NCBI RefSeq assembly: GCF_018350175.1
Contig: NC_058383.1
Coordinates: forward strand, 27,964,001 to 28,028,000
DNA from: Felis catus
Taxonomy: Eukaryota
Length of the DNA stretch: 64,000 nucleotides
Direction: 5' to 3'
The stretch's first letter is position 1; each line of letters begins with the position of its first letter. The notes under the pieces were generated by a model. It saw only the letters and a program-made list of their open reading frames with translations. It searched no databases and was not told the origin of the DNA. Both the position numbers and the translations under genes were made by a program. Shown here in pieces: positions 49,991 through 63,770 of this stretch.

Positions 49991-52624
49991 CTATCCAGAG
50001 AAAGGACAGGCAGAAGATCTCCTTCACCCAGAACTCCCAGTCCCAGAGGAGCCAAAACTCTCTGGAAAGTTAATCCCACCCCAGCCACAAGCATCATCAA
50101 CCAGCAGCAGCCTTACCCCAAACTCTGGTGTGCCTCCTTCATCTGTGCAAGTTTCCACCATTATTTTGCTCATAAGGGAAAGTATTCTCCAAAGCCCACA
50201 GGAATCACACAGCTTAGAAGTCTTGGGTGGGGCTTTCTGACTTTGAAGTAGATTCGGGGCTCAAGAGAACCAAGAAGTTCTATGAGTGCCAGAAATCCAG
50301 ACCCCAGGCAGACGAAATGGGTAAGCTGCTCCCACAGATGTACAGGCTCTCTTCCCTTCACCAGAAGAGCAGCAAACACATTTATCATTCACTGTGGCCC
50401 CTTCACTTCCAACTGGGGGAATAGGAATTACTTTAAAGAGTTTAGTGCCATCCAATATCACAGTCTCTCCTTCATGCACAGAAAACAAAAACTCACTAAC
50501 TCTGGACAGGAAACATGGACTCAAGCGTTCCTTCTTCTCATTTTGTGTCCACTAGCCCTCAGGAAGTCATTTATGGCTTGTCTATTTTTAAGGTTCCAAG
50601 AGGGGAGAGAGATTTACCAATGATAAGAAGTAAAAATGCAAATGTTTTTAAATTGATGAGATACACACGTACAGTGCATTAGACAGTGCCTGCCATGGAA
50701 AAAACATTCAGTAAATGCCAGCCATCAGTATTTATTATTATCATTCTTATTAGTACTGGCCATTCTTGAGTATTTACTATGGGCTAGGCATATTATGGAC
50801 ACTGGATCTTCAACAGCAACTCTGTTTCAATATCTGTGGTATTTTCTGCCCCATCACCGCTTTTCTAAGGATTTCCCACGTCCCCACCCCCCGACAGAGT
50901 TACTTGACCCAGGGATAGACACATCACCCATGCTGGGCAAAAGAGTACTTTGGGATTTTGGACCTTGGGACCAAGAGAATGGGATTCATCTCATTCCTAC
51001 CACTGAACCAATAAATTATAAAACTTAAAATGTGTTTCAGAGAGAATGCTGCTCTACACAAGAGATACAAAACAACCCTGGAGATGCATCAATCCTAAAA
51101 CCAGTTTTCCAAGGCCCGGTGGCCATCCTGTCTTTCTATGGCCTCTTGTTCTTGTGAACTATCTAGTATCCCCTCAATAAATTCCTCCTTTGCACTTAAG
51201 ATACTTTGAGATGGGTTTCTGGCACTTGGAACCACAAACATTCCAAATAATACAAGCCTTTTGAGACGGGTGTCAATACCCCTACTTTGCAGATGAGAAC
51301 ACCAAGTCCCAAAAACAGTGAAAGAAGTAATCTGCCCAGGATCTCCCAGGTACTAAATGGTGAAAGCTAGCATTCGAACCCAGGATTGTCTGGTTCCTGT
51401 GCAAGCTCTCTCTGCCCCATTAGGTCAGTTATCCTCAGAACAGACTGACTCAGTTACTCGTTTCCTGTACGAGATTCTTAAGAAATGAAGAGGAAAGGGA
51501 GTATAGGCTTGCACTCAACTGGGTCAAACTGAACAGAGTTGAATTGAGTGACTGCGTTTCCATGAATCTAAACTACATGCTTGCTCGCATTTCATCATTT
51601 CTAAAACACAGTCATCTTACAATCAATGTGAGCATTTCACGTAGTGTTTCCTTTCCCCCAAAGAGCTGTTCTCAAATCAGTGATCTCACAGTCACGGGTA
51701 CTTGTAAACAAATGGTAAAGCACCGTCACCTTGGGAAGGTACCTACTCATTCTGATGCTGCTAATGCCACTGCTGAAAATTATTTCTGGAATCCCTGAAA
51801 ACTGTACTTCTTACGTGTTCACGTGCACACAGCTCATTTTTGCAGGGAAAGAGACTCCGATGACCATATGCCTCTTGTTGCCACTTGGTGCATGTGCAAC
51901 TGCTGATAAATAGCGTGTGGCAGCCAGTCTTAAAAGAAAATTTGAATTCTGTAATCTCAGCAAGCTCGAGCACATGCTAGTCTCACTTATGAATACCAGA
52001 TTTCAAAACCACTTACATGTGGAAGGTTGCCTTAGTCCTAAGCAAAGCATTCTTTGGATGTGTACCTCAACAGCTCATTGGAACTGAAGCATTTCATTTT
52101 TGAATCAGTTCAAGTCCAACCAGCAGCCAACAATTCACATATGCTGCTGAGGAGATGGGCAGAAAACACGTGACTTGGTACACTCCCCGTGGAAGGGAAG
52201 TTAACAGTATCAAAATCACAAATGTTCATACCCTTTTGACTGAGAAATTTCACCCTGGGCAAACAGACGCGACACATGCTCTTGCATACATGTGTACAAG
52301 ACTACTCACAAAAACACTGTAATATCAAAACAGTGGAAATGCCATCAGTAAGGAACTGGCTACACAAATTATAGTGTAGCAGTCTGATGGAATACTATTC
52401 AACTGTTTAAAAAAAAAAAAAGCAAAAAAGCAGAAGAATTCTCTACACACTATTTCTATGTAGTTAATATCTCCCCAAAATATCATACTGAGAAAAGCAA
52501 GCTATGGAACAGTAAGTGCAGCACACTGTTTTGAGTAAAGGGGGGAAGAGTTTGTATTTATATTTGCTAGCATGCACATATCTAAATTCTAGAAAGAACC
52601 TAAGGAACTCTTGAGAGGGAATGC

Positions 52625-52989
52625 ATTAGGTATCTATTGCTGTCCAACAAATTACCTAAAACACCGCATCTTAAAACAACAAACATTTATTATCTCATAG
52701 GGGCTGTGGATCGGGGCCCACAAGCAGCTTAGCTGGGTGGTTCGGGCTCAGGGTCTCTCCGGAGGCTGCAGGTAAGATGTCAGCCAGGACCGCAGTCATC
52801 AGAAGGTTGTCTGGGGCTGAAAGATAAGCTTCTGAGCTCACTCGTGGCTGTTGGCAGGCCACATTTCTTCCCTGGCTATTAGCTGGAGACCCCAATTCCT
52901 CACCACATGGGCCTCTCCCTAGGGTGCCTGAGTGCTGTCACAATATGGCAGCTGGCCTCCTCCAAAGGAAGAGACCCCGAGAGAGAGAG

Positions 52990-53031
<42 letters not shown>

Positions 53032-53400
53032 GGAAGGAGGAAGGAGGAAGGAGGAAGGAGGAAGGAGGAAGGAGGAAGGAGGAAGGAGGAAGGAGGAAGA
53101 GGGAGAGGGAGAGGGGAGGGAGAGGGAGAGAGAGAGGGAGAGGGAGAGGGGAGGGAGAGGGAGAGGGAGAGGGGAGGGAGAGGGAGAAGGAAAGGGAGAG
53201 GGAGAGGGAAAGGGAGAGGGAGAAGAATCCCTCAAGACAGAAGGTGCAGTTTTTTATAGCCTAATCTTGAAAATGACATGCCATCACTTCTGCAGCACTG
53301 GTCACAAACACTAACCCTGTTACAACGTGAGAGAGGACGACACAGCGTGTGAATGCCAGCAGTCAGGGATCGATGAGGCCATCCTGGAAGCTGGCTAACT
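52625..53400 (-). mobile_element. MLT1F-like LTR with an internal purine microsatellite
   Basis: tatctattgctgtccaacaaattacc...ttaaaacaacaaacatttattatctca...ccacatgggcctctcc...catgccatcacttctgc. Confidence 0.85.
52980..53226. repeat. Compound polypurine tract: (GA)n, (GAGGAAG)n, (GAGGGA)n
   Basis: About 245 bp, essentially only A/G on the + strand. Confidence 0.97.
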
Positions 53401-53589
53401 CAGGGGAGCACTGAAAAGATGAGGGACAGGGATAGGAGAGAGACTTTTCACTATGCCTCTTATATTTCATTTTCTAACTTTATATTTCCTACACTCAAAA
53501 CATTGGAATTTAAAAGTTGGGGGCAGGGGGGAGAATGTCCTCAGGGACAACCAGCAGCCTAGATCCTAGTTGGAGACTCCCTCTAAAAG

Positions 53590-53891
53590 AGCCATGCTTC
53601 TCAAACTGAGGCACAGGTACCCCAGGGAAACCCTATTGTATCTCTGGGACATGCAAAGCTATAAAGCAAAAACATGACCATCTTCCTAGAGCATCAATAG
53701 ACTCTACTCCATAAGTAATTCAAAGCAGGGCACAAAGGAGAATGCAGAATTCACAAATATCTAAGATAAAACATGAGACTTCAAAGGAATTTTCACCCTT
53801 GGTGAGACTGTTTGAGGCTATACTCGGCTGAGCTGGAATGCATTTGCCCTTCTTCTTAGGAGTAGTTTGTTAAAAGTTCTAAAACCACTGC
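53590..53891. mobile_element. hAT-Charlie-type MITE remnant
   Basis: Termini catgcttctcaaact...aagttctaaaaccactg resemble Charlie TIRs. Confidence 0.5.
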
Positions 53892-54319
53892 TTTGGGCTA
53901 ATTGCTCACCAGAATTGCACAAGAAAATTGATCTCAATACTATGAGGTAAATTTCATTTCAACGGAAGTTACAAATACAAGTTATTTGAGTTGGCCACAA
54001 ATAACTTCCAACCATTTTTTAAAAACCCAGTTCGCCCTCAGAGGGCCAACATGCTATTAATTCTAAAGATTTCAGGTAAAAGAGGTTGCCTGTGTTCTTA
54101 GCTTTAGGGGTGGGGTCAGAATAAGGCACAGACTCTAACAGTGGCTACCAGGGGGTGGCAATACTCAAGAGAAGCCATCAGCTTTGCTTTGTTACTTTTG
54201 AACCCAGCTCACCATCAGCAAATGGAACTGGTGTCCTTGCTGTCTGTTTCTCCATTTGGTCCTTTGACTTCTCTCCCACGCTCTCCCCTTCAAACCCAAG
54301 CTGAACTACCCACTGAACA

Positions 54320-54560
54320 GTACAGGGACGATAAAGTAAGGCAGACCCTGCGGTTCAACGTCTGACCGTCTGAACCCAAACCCTAGCCTCCCCAACTCAG
54401 TTCCTATGCGACCGTAGACAAGTTCTTACCCTCTCTGAGCATGTTTATTCACCTGAAAGATAATGAAAATAAAAGTATGCGTGAGATCGTATTATGTCTA
54501 GCTCATAGCCGGTACTTGGCAAAGAGCAACCATTCAATAAATGTTAGCCATCATCACCAT
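54320..54560 (+). mobile_element. MIR SINE
   Basis: gacaagttcttaccctctctgagc...cattcaataaatgttagc. Confidence 0.7.
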
Positions 54561-54991
54561 GGAAAGGGCTTTTGAGAAGTTAATTCTCAGTAAGCAATTA
54601 ATGTCGATAACAATAATGACTTCTGACCAACCAGCCCAATGGCTGATAAGAGACTGATAAAACTTTACATTTGTTTTCTTAACAATTTCCCTAGAATCCA
54701 AATTCTTCACAGTGAACAAGTACAACTTTTATAATCCCACAGAAAGTGGGCATTAGCTCTCTGCCTGCTAGTCCTGAACGTCAGCCACTGGCCACTGATT
54801 TCGGGCTTAGGTGCTCCACCTTTAGAACATGGCTGATTATTCCAATTAAAGACAGACTCTCTCATTTTTTGTTGTTTTGCCTTTGCCTTATTTTATTAAA
54901 AAAAAAAAAAAAGCAAAGTGAATACACACCCTCAAGACAGCATATAACTTCCTATGCTCAAGAGAAGAGAAAATTAGAAATGTTTCCTCCA

Positions 54992-55224
54992 AGAACGCCT
55001 GGGTGGCTCAGTCAGTTAAGCATCCGACTTCAGCTCAGGTCATGATCTTGCAGTTCAGAGGTTTGAGCCCCTCCATCGGGCTCTGTGCTGTCAGCTCAGA
55101 AGCTGGGGTCTGCTTCGGATTCTGTGTCTCACTCTCTCTCTCTCTGGCCCTCGCCCCACTTGCACTCTGTCTCTCTCTCTCTCTCAAAAATAAATAAACA
55201 TTTTTTAAAAAAGAAAGAAAAGAG
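54992..55224 (+). mobile_element. Can-SINE (SINEC_Fc)
   Basis: Head cgcctgggtggctcagtcagttaagcatccgacttc; TSD agaaatgtttcYtcca. Confidence 0.96.
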
Positions 55225-57459
55225 AGAAATGTTTCTTCCAGTTCAAATTCTTCCACTCTCTCCCATATGCCTACCCTGGGCTCCGACATTCTGGAGAAAA
55301 ACCCTAAGTGCCTCGCTTTGTGCCTTCCCTCTAGACAATGAGGAGCAGAAGCGGGGCTGGGGGTGGGTTGGCCCTGCTACGGTGGAAGGCTGGGCAAAAT
55401 CAGGCTGAAGGAAGGAAGTGTAAATTCTGGGGCACGTTTTACAACCCCATTAGTTACAAGTACATGAGGATTTCAAATCAAGAAGCATCCACACGCACAC
55501 CCTTGGATTATTTAAGAGATAAGGCGTATCCAAAATTAGCATATAGATCAGAGGCACGCAGTTGAGTGCTGCTAAAGTGGCTATAAATGCCTGAAAAACA
55601 GTTGTTTTTCTCAAGAGAGCTTTATACCACTCCAAAACCTTGTTCGGGAAGTGTGAACTGTGAGTCAGACAAACCCCACTCAAGTCCTAGTTTGGGCTCC
55701 TAACTGTTGTGTCATCTGGGGGCAAGTGCCCCAATCTCTCCACACCTTCGTTTCCACCTCCCAGGCCTGCTGGACCGATCGAAAGGGACATGGTGAGAAA
55801 ATGCTCTCAAAACTATAAAGTGCCATGCAAGGGCAAGATGCCATTAGTCCCTCTTCTTATACTATATTTACACACTGCCTCATTAAAAAAGAGGACTTGG
55901 GGTAGATGTCTGTGCGGCTCTTTATTTTACCTTGAATTTCAAGAAAGAAGGAAAGAATCCTTGTTTTCTTTAGGGGCATACATATAATTTCCATGAGGAC
56001 ACACATATAATCACTTTACTTAACAAACCCTTGCTCAGACGTAACGGAAAGATCAAGTCCCCCTCAGTCTCAGGAGGCTTGTTACCCACACTTTCCCAAT
56101 TCACCGAACACAAGCACTGCTGAGTGCCTACTGTGTGCAGTACCTGACACGATGTTCAGCACTGAAACACACATCACATACACCACCACCTACACCATCA
56201 TACGCATAAAACACACCCTTTGCAAGAGGGAAGCATGTAGATTTTTGGAATCCCAAGGGTCTTAATGCAAACTGGCTCCCAGACCTATCTTTTCTATCTT
56301 TGTGGCTTGGGTTAAGTGTTTTCTGAGCTGCCATTTCCTCAATGGAAACTGGAGATCAGCCATCCTCAAAGCTTCTCAGGATGACTGGAGATACTGATAT
56401 CAAGGACCTAGCAGGGTACTAACAGATTTCCACCAAATGACGGCCACTATTATTTTTCATCAATGCACATTTTGGTGCCTACTGTTAGAGTACTCCAGAC
56501 AAAACCTTTTTTTCAAGGCAACAAACAACAGTATTAACTTGATTTTGTTTTAAATTAATATGAGTTCCTGTAGTGTTTAGAAGAGAGATCACAATGATGA
56601 ATGCTTACATCTCTCTCTTTCAAAAAATTTACAGTCCTTACATGTGACATTTAATGTAGCACTTTGTGTCATCCTACAAAGACTAAATTTAAATTGAAGA
56701 AGCAGAAACAGGGAGAGTCCTTGTTTGGGCTTAATTCGTACTTGAGCGCAATAAAACCCTATCCTAGAAGCTAAAGTCATAAAGCTAAAAGTCAGGAAGG
56801 AAAAGAATGGCTAATTAAGCGCCGAAACTAAAATTTCTTTTTTTATCGCTGTTTCGTTAAGACCTAACAATTGGTCAGGCACAGGGACTTAGATGTGCCA
56901 TTCTAGTTAATGGTCGGTTACAAATTTCCACCATAAACTCATCTTCCTTCCAGTGCCTTAAATCTCAGGCACTGGGAGCTAATAAGTAGAGAAAGCTCTT
57001 AGGCCCAGGGCAATCTCTCTCTCAATCTAATCTCCCTCTCACTGCCCCCACCTTCCACCCTGCCATTACTGTTTGTAAGAGCTCTTGATTGCACGCCCAG
57101 AAACCCAACTCTAGCTAAATTAACCAAGGAAGGAACATACTGGGTTATCCAGCTGGGGTGGCAGTTTACATAAGATAAGGGAGGGACAAAAGCCAGAGCT
57201 CCAGGGACTAGAAACAAGACTCACAGCCACCAAGACACAGACTTTCTCTCCTTTGTCCTTCTTTGTCTTTGCTCAGCCTTATTCTCCATCGCTCTCTGTG
57301 GGAGGAAAAATAGATGCTGACAGTCCCATATTCACATCTTCCTCTTTAGGACCATAATAAATTAAATTAATCCCCGAGGGAGATCCTGATGGACCCTGCT
57401 TATGCTGTGTGCTGCCCCATGGTCCAACATACGGATGAACTAGGCATGTGCCATTTGCC

Positions 57460-58492
57460 CATCATAGCAGATGCTGGCAATGCCCATCTGTGTCCCCTGG
57501 ACCCTCATCACTCTCATACAAGCCAAAGGCATCCCACTGCAAGCACCTGAGCCTCTCCACCTGAGGACTTGTTCTTGTCCAAGGCAAGTTATAGGAAGTA
57601 AAAGTCCCTAGCAGCACTCCTCAGGCAATGTCAGACGGGCAACGGAAGAGGAGTATCTCAGTTTTCCTACCACTTGGGATACTCTGAGGTATGTTCCACA
57701 CCATCAACCACAGCTCACCAAAAGAACTGAGCCCCAGGTGCCCATTAAGGCAGCTTGCTCATTACTGCACTCTATATCGGCTTAAATTCCCTTATCTCAT
57801 TTCTCCCTATAAATGTTTTTATGTATCTAGGACTTGACTGGGACACAGGGTTCCCAGATATTCGGTGAAATATTATTCTAAGTGTGTCTGTGACACTGTT
57901 TCTGGATGAGAGTAACATCTGAATTAGTAGACTGAGTAAAGCAGATTGCACTCCCTAAGGTGGTGGGTCACACCCAATCAGTTGAAGGACTGACTAGGAC
58001 AAAAAGATCAACCCACCTCCAAGTAAGAGAGGACTCTTCCTGCCTGACTGCCTTTGAGCTGAAATATCAGGCATTCCATGCCTTTAGATTCCAACTGAGA
58101 CATAAGCTCTTCCCAGGTCCTGAGCCTGCTAGCCTTCAGACTGAAAGTATGCTAACGGCTCTCCTGGGTCTCCAGCTTGCTAACTCATCCTATAGATCTC
58201 AGCACTAGTCAGCCTCCATAATTGTGTGAGCCAACTCTGTACGCCAACTCCTTATGTTAAGTACATATTGTATTATATGTTTTATATTATAAATATGTGT
58301 ATATGCTACATTACATACTAGTATAAGCAAATACATGTATGTTCACATATATCTTATTGGTTCAGTTGCTCTGGAGAACCTTAACACACATTTATGCTCA
58401 CACAGGTGCTTCCTAGAGTCACCTCACATGTAACTATTTTCATGCAAATCCTCAGCACAGGGCCTGCTTCTGGGGAACCCAGCCTAAGACAC
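57460..58492 (+). mobile_element. LTR33-like ERVL LTR interrupted by MLT2
   Basis: Ends caaatcctcagcacagggcctgcttctggggaacccagcctaagaca. Confidence 0.6.
57815..58390 (+). mobile_element. MLT2D-like LTR
   Basis: cttgactggg...cccagatatt...tagactgagtaaagcagattgc...ctccataattgtgtgagccaa...tattggttcagttgctctggagaacc. Confidence 0.88.
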
Positions 58493-59289
58493 CCAGGCTT
58501 TCACAGGAGGAGAGGTGTGTAGGACTGACAGCTGGCAGCCGTGGAGAACCGCAAGGAAGGGAGGAGTGCTACCTGCACAAAAGGGCACTAGGCAAATAGA
58601 AACCTAGACCTACTTTGGTCCTGGCTGCTGGGCCGGAGGCATGGGGTGAGACACAGCTCTCAACAAGTGTCACATACAGAGGGTGACTCCTGGACTGACG
58701 TGACACAAGCAGGGTATGCATCTGATCGCACATCCACCCCAAGTGAGATTTCTCCATGAGAATCAGTTCCTTTGCTCTCCTCCTGAGCTCTCGGTGACTT
58801 CTCCAGCAAGCATATGAGCTCTGTGGCTCTGGTGTCCTGCTTTGTTCTTTTGTGGTCAATCTCTCGCCTTGTCTCCCAATCTCCAGCTTTGTTCTTATCC
58901 ATTTGACTCCACAGCTAAATCTGACTCTCATAGCTTCATTTCTCAGACGGCTTTAAGGCCAGAGCAGCAAACTTAAATGCCCACAGAGGGCACATATGTA
59001 ATACAAACAAATGAAGAAGACAGGACAACAGGGCCTGGTGGGGACTGTGGCAAAGTGCAGAGCACATGCGTCATCTATGGAGAAAGGAGACAGCAAGGAC
59101 TCAATTCCGGGCAACCGGGGGAAACAGAAATGGAATACTGCCATACTGCCGCTCTTTTTTTTTTTAAAGAGAAGCAAAATATTCAGGGGTTTTTGATATA
59201 AAATATACAGACTGTTGAATGCTGGCAGCTATTTTGATCAATGTAAACACTGTGTGAGCCAAATCAACTCTTCTGGACGCCCTACATTT

Positions 59290-59921
59290 CATGGGTCAGC
59301 AGTGGCCCTGACAATGAGTGACGGACTCCCCACTACAGGGGGTGTGGTTGACCAGAAGCCCCAGCTGTTGGGCTCTGCGTTCTGAAATGCATCTGTTACC
59401 ATAGGCTGCCTGTTCCCAGTGACGACTGAGCACGGCGGGCATACTCCCTCCTGAGAGCTCCAAGGTTCCTGTCCCCAGAGCTGGCTTGAGGACTCCCCCT
59501 ATGGTGACTGTGCCCTAACTACCTTCCCTCGCCTTCACCAGGTGTCACACTTGCAGTGCCGTGGGAGGGCTCTTCCAGCCTCCAGCTCCCTCTGCATTCT
59601 CTGTCACAGGTGTTTCTCTTATTTTTAAAATTTTTTTTTTAAGTTTATTTATTTATTGTGAGAGAGAGGGAGCAAGCAGGGGAGGAGCAGAAAGAGAGGA
59701 GAGAAAGAATCCCAAGCAGGCCCCACAGTACCAACGCAGAGTCTGAAGTGGGGCCTGAACCCGTGAATGGCGAGATCATGACCTGAGCTGAAATCAGAAG
59801 CTGGATGCTAAACTGACTGAGCCACCCAGGCACCCCTGTCACAGATATTTTTCTTAATGAAAATCATGCAGGTCTAATCCCACCGTGGAGTTTGTTCCTC
59901 AGAGGAAGCAGACTAACACAT
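59290..59921 (+). mobile_element. LTR16-like ERVL LTR interrupted by a SINE
   Basis: gaagccccagctgttg...cccagtgacgactgagcacggc...ttcctcagaggaagcagactaacaca. Confidence 0.65.
59622..59836 (-). mobile_element. Can-SINE
   Basis: Ends ctgactgagccacccaggcacccc; degenerate TSD ctgtcacagRtRtttYtctta. Confidence 0.94.
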
Positions 59922-60799
59922 CTCATAAATTCTGCTTTTGGCTCTCAGTTCACACTCACTTATATTCCAAACTCTGGCTGCTTGGGTCTAATTCCATCCC
60001 AGCTCCCACCGCTGGGTCCTGACCACCACGAACACCACCCACACCCCCACTCCCACTTCCCCACCCCCCGCCACTACAGGATTCCCACACTGACTGTTCA
60101 CTCACGTTCCAGAGGGCTCCATGCAAGGTGATGACTTTGGCCCCTTTGTCGACTGAGGCAAAGTCACACACAGAACCCTGGAACAACTCTAGTCCTGCAC
60201 ATAAGAACTTCTGCAACAAAGACGTGACCTGGACTTTCCCACCAGCACTCCTGGAGAACAAGAGAACCTTCATGATAGCCTGCTTGTGTTCTGTTTCCAA
60301 ATCCCCTCACCTCCAGCATCCTACCTACTTCTTATGCAAACACTGTGGGGAACAGATTTTTGGACAAACTTAGGGAAACTCTGCAGCTGAACCTTTCATC
60401 CCCAGCCTTGGTAGTATCTGGCTGTGCCCCAGGAGGCAGAGAAAGGATACAAAAGGCAACTGTGTCAGGAATCAATTGGTTAGTATACGTGGACCAGAAA
60501 TCAGCAACATAGAAATAGGATGTGGAAGACAAAAGCACTGACCTTGAAGTCAGAAGGCCTAAGCTAGGTTTAAGTCCTGGATTCTCAGCCATTGGCTGTG
60601 TGATCTCAAGCAGGTTCTATAGCATCTCTGTGCAACCATCACATAGCTATAAAACAGAGCCTAGTGATTGTGAGATCCAAACTGCACTCAGTAAAAATAC
60701 TTCACAGTTGAAGTGCTCAGACTGACCCCTTCCTCAACCAAATGATTTGTTCCTCACTTCAAAAGAACTTATTCTTGGAGTGATGTCAGCAACATGGCT

Positions 60800-61105
60800 G
60801 AATATGTAAGTGTTTCAAATCATCCTGTTGTATACCTTAAACTTATACAATGTTACATTTCAATGATATCTCAATAAAGTTTGAAAAAATAGAATTTATT
60901 TTAATAGCTATAAGACTTAAAGCCTACATATAAGCACAATTGAAGGAAGAAAAATGGACATGGGGGACCTTTTGTATGATAGAAATGTTCCCAAACTGGA
61001 AAATCTACATATGAACAAATGAAAATCATTTAACTTCACAGTTACAGTAGATAAAAATTACAGTAGGTACATTACACCTCAAAAAAGCTATTAAAAAACA
61101 AATCA
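60800..61105 (+). mobile_element. L1 3'-end fragments
   Basis: ttgtataccttaaacttatacaatgttaca...tatctcaataaag; atgatagaaatgttc...attacacctcaa. Confidence 0.75.
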
Positions 61106-61229
61106 TAAAAATACTGCCAACCTTCTCTTAACCACTCCTCACGACAGCTTCCCAGGGCTGTGTGATTTGGTCACCACGTAAGTCCCCTAATATCACTGGG
61201 GCTTACTATCCTTTCTCACCCTCCACCAG

Positions 61230-61622
61230 CACAGTGCCCTTCTTTCTGTCCCAAGCTTGTTCCTGCCTCAGGGCCTTTGCACTTGTCCTACTCTCTGCTC
61301 AGACATCTTTCCCAGCTGTTTGAATCTCATCATTTAAGTGTCAGCTCACATTCTCATAGATGCCTTCCCTGATCTTTCCACCCCATTTATGGGCACTCTG
61401 ACTCCTTACCTCAGACAGTCTCCATCGGTGTTGCCAGTGTTGGTTTATTCACAGTACTTCCTAGTCTTGGAAATCTTTACATATTTGCTTATTTATTGTT
61501 GGCCTCCCCGACTCTTTTATGAGCTCCGTGAGTACAGGGAATGGGTCTGTCTTGTTATTCCTGCATTGTCAGCACTTAGAATAGTACCTAGCACATAGGG
61601 TAGCAGATATTTGTTGAATTAA
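61230..61622 (+). mobile_element. L2 3' end
   Basis: cctgcctcagggcctttgcacttg...gagctccgtgagtacaggga...agaatagtacctagcacatag...atatttgttgaat. Confidence 0.85.
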
Positions 61623-61870
61623 CATCAAGACATGAGTCTGATATGCTAACAGCCCAATATGTCTAAACTCAGTTTCCTCATCTGTCATACGAAGACACCA
61701 TCACGGGCCTCCCAGGAGGTGATGTAAAATTGTACCAGCTGTTAAGGGACTGAGGGACTTCCTTAATGCTAGCAGTCTTTCCCCCCAAACCTTGTGCCTT
61801 CTTTCCTTTCTCTCTAAGACTAAAACAAGTCACAACTAAACAAACCACTCTCTAGAATGAGATCAGCAGT

Positions 61871-61996
61871 GGGGTGCCTGAGTGACTCAGTTGGTTAAGT
61901 GTCAGACTCTGGGTTTCAGCTCAGGTCGTGATCTCACAGTTCATGAGAGTGAGTCCCATGTTGGGCTCTGCGATGACAGCACAGAGCCTGCTTGAG

Positions 61997-62050
<54 letters not shown>

Positions 62051-62121
62051 TCTGTCTGCCCCTCCCCTACTTGTGCTGTCTCTGTCTCTCTCTAAACAAA
62101 CAAACAAACAAACAAAAAAGA
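61871..62121 (+). mobile_element. Can-SINE with long (CT)n
   Basis: ggggtgcctgagtgactcagttggttaag head; 17-bp TSD tagaatgagatcagcag. Confidence 0.96.
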
Positions 62122-63529
62122 TAGAATGAGATCAGCAGCAAAAACTCCAACACAATCAACCAACTGCCAAATGACGTCTGCTGATTAAGTCTGCTATTGT
62201 AGATTCTGCTCTTGCTTCCCAGGAGCAGCTGAGACATCGTGACCAGAAATACCAATCAAGGCAGGCATGCCCCAATCTCAAACCCCAAGGCCAGAAGCTG
62301 ACAAAACCTTGCAAGCATCTGATTTCAACTACCAGGGTACACACCTGTTTTAATAAAATGACTCTTCCCACCCTGAGAATAAGCATCACTGACGTACAAC
62401 AAAAGCTGACATTCAAAAAGAAAGCTCTAAGTCAGTAAGAAGATTATCCTGTCTGTTGAGTGCTTGCTACTTGCAAATCAAAAGACCAGACGCTCAGAAA
62501 CCCCTGAAATAAGACTGAACATCAGACCCCCCGCCAGGCCACCCTTTTTACCATACAGCTAGAGAAACTGGGGCCCAGAGAGGGTAAGTGACTGAGGACA
62601 GTCACGCAGCCGGTTTCCACCAGAGCTAGGAACAGACAACCAGATCTTCTGACTCCCTATGTAAGCTTCTTTCTAATATTCCAGGCTGGCTACAAATACA
62701 ACCGTTACTTTACCCAATTAGCATCCCCTCCTTCACTGGTAACAGCATCTCTGCTTTCTTTGGGGCAAAAAAATATTTCTTTCATTTTTCATCCATGTAG
62801 TTTGGGTAGAATTAACACCATCCCCTGGCACAAAGTGTAAGCACATGACCAGGACCGACCAATCACCATCTTCTACTTCCGTGGCCACAATAACTGGTTC
62901 AGAGATGGGCACATGAGCCTTAATGTTCAATGAGGTCAGCCCCAAAGCTTCTGTCAAGACTCTTGGTAATATAAGTTCTTTTTCTAAGTTTTGTATTAAG
63001 CTTCACTAAGATAAATTGGGAGCTACTGATGACACCGGAAAGAACCTGACAATGGAGTTGACATGAATGAAAACAGAGCTGAAAGCTGACAGCTACAGAT
63101 CGGAGAGATTCCAGAGTACATCAGCTAAGCACCTGGACCCAGCCGTATCTGAAGTCCAGTAATATTTGTGGACTTGGGAGTTGCTTGCAAGGGGAGCAAG
63201 AGGTAAGTGTAAAAGTTTGGCTAATACAGCACCTCACCTCTCATCCAATTTCATGGACTACAAAAGACATTATCAATTAAAATTTACCAACAGCATTGAT
63301 GTCAAGGCCCTGCTACTTCAAAACAGAATTTTTCTACTCTTTAACTGCATGGCTTACAGAACTTCCTAATCCATTCTGTGTGTCAGCTTTTTTCTCTCTC
63401 AAATGAAGCATGTACAGTACACCTTCCTTGCCCTGGGGTGAAAGTCAGATTACTTTATCCAGGAAAGTAGAGAGAGGTATAAAGCATTATTATTTTCCAA
63501 GAAATCCCAGTACATAAGTCCAAGAATGT

Positions 63530-63770
63530 ATGAACAAGGGCTTCAGAGTCAGACTGATGGACTCAGATCTCAGCAACATCCCTGATGTGCTGTGTGCCCT
63601 TGGACAAGTCACCTAACCTCTCTGGCCCAGTTTCCTCGTCTGTAATAGGGAGACCCCAATCAAATCTACTGCATGGCATAGTTGTAGAAAACAACAGACA
63701 TAGAAAGTGCTTAGTTCACTTAGTTCTTGCACAGAATAAACACTCAAAATCTCCATTGAATGATTGTTGT
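63530..63770 (+). mobile_element. MIR SINE
   Basis: gctgtgtgcccttggacaagtcacctaacctctctggcccagtttcctcgtctgtaa. Confidence 0.8.

Noticed and set aside
49617..50240. 207-aa ORF
   Set aside because: Overlaps old LTR sequence, starts at TTG, no recognisable domain
52900..53314. E/R/G-rich and S/P/L-rich ORFs
   Set aside because: Translations of the purine microsatellite
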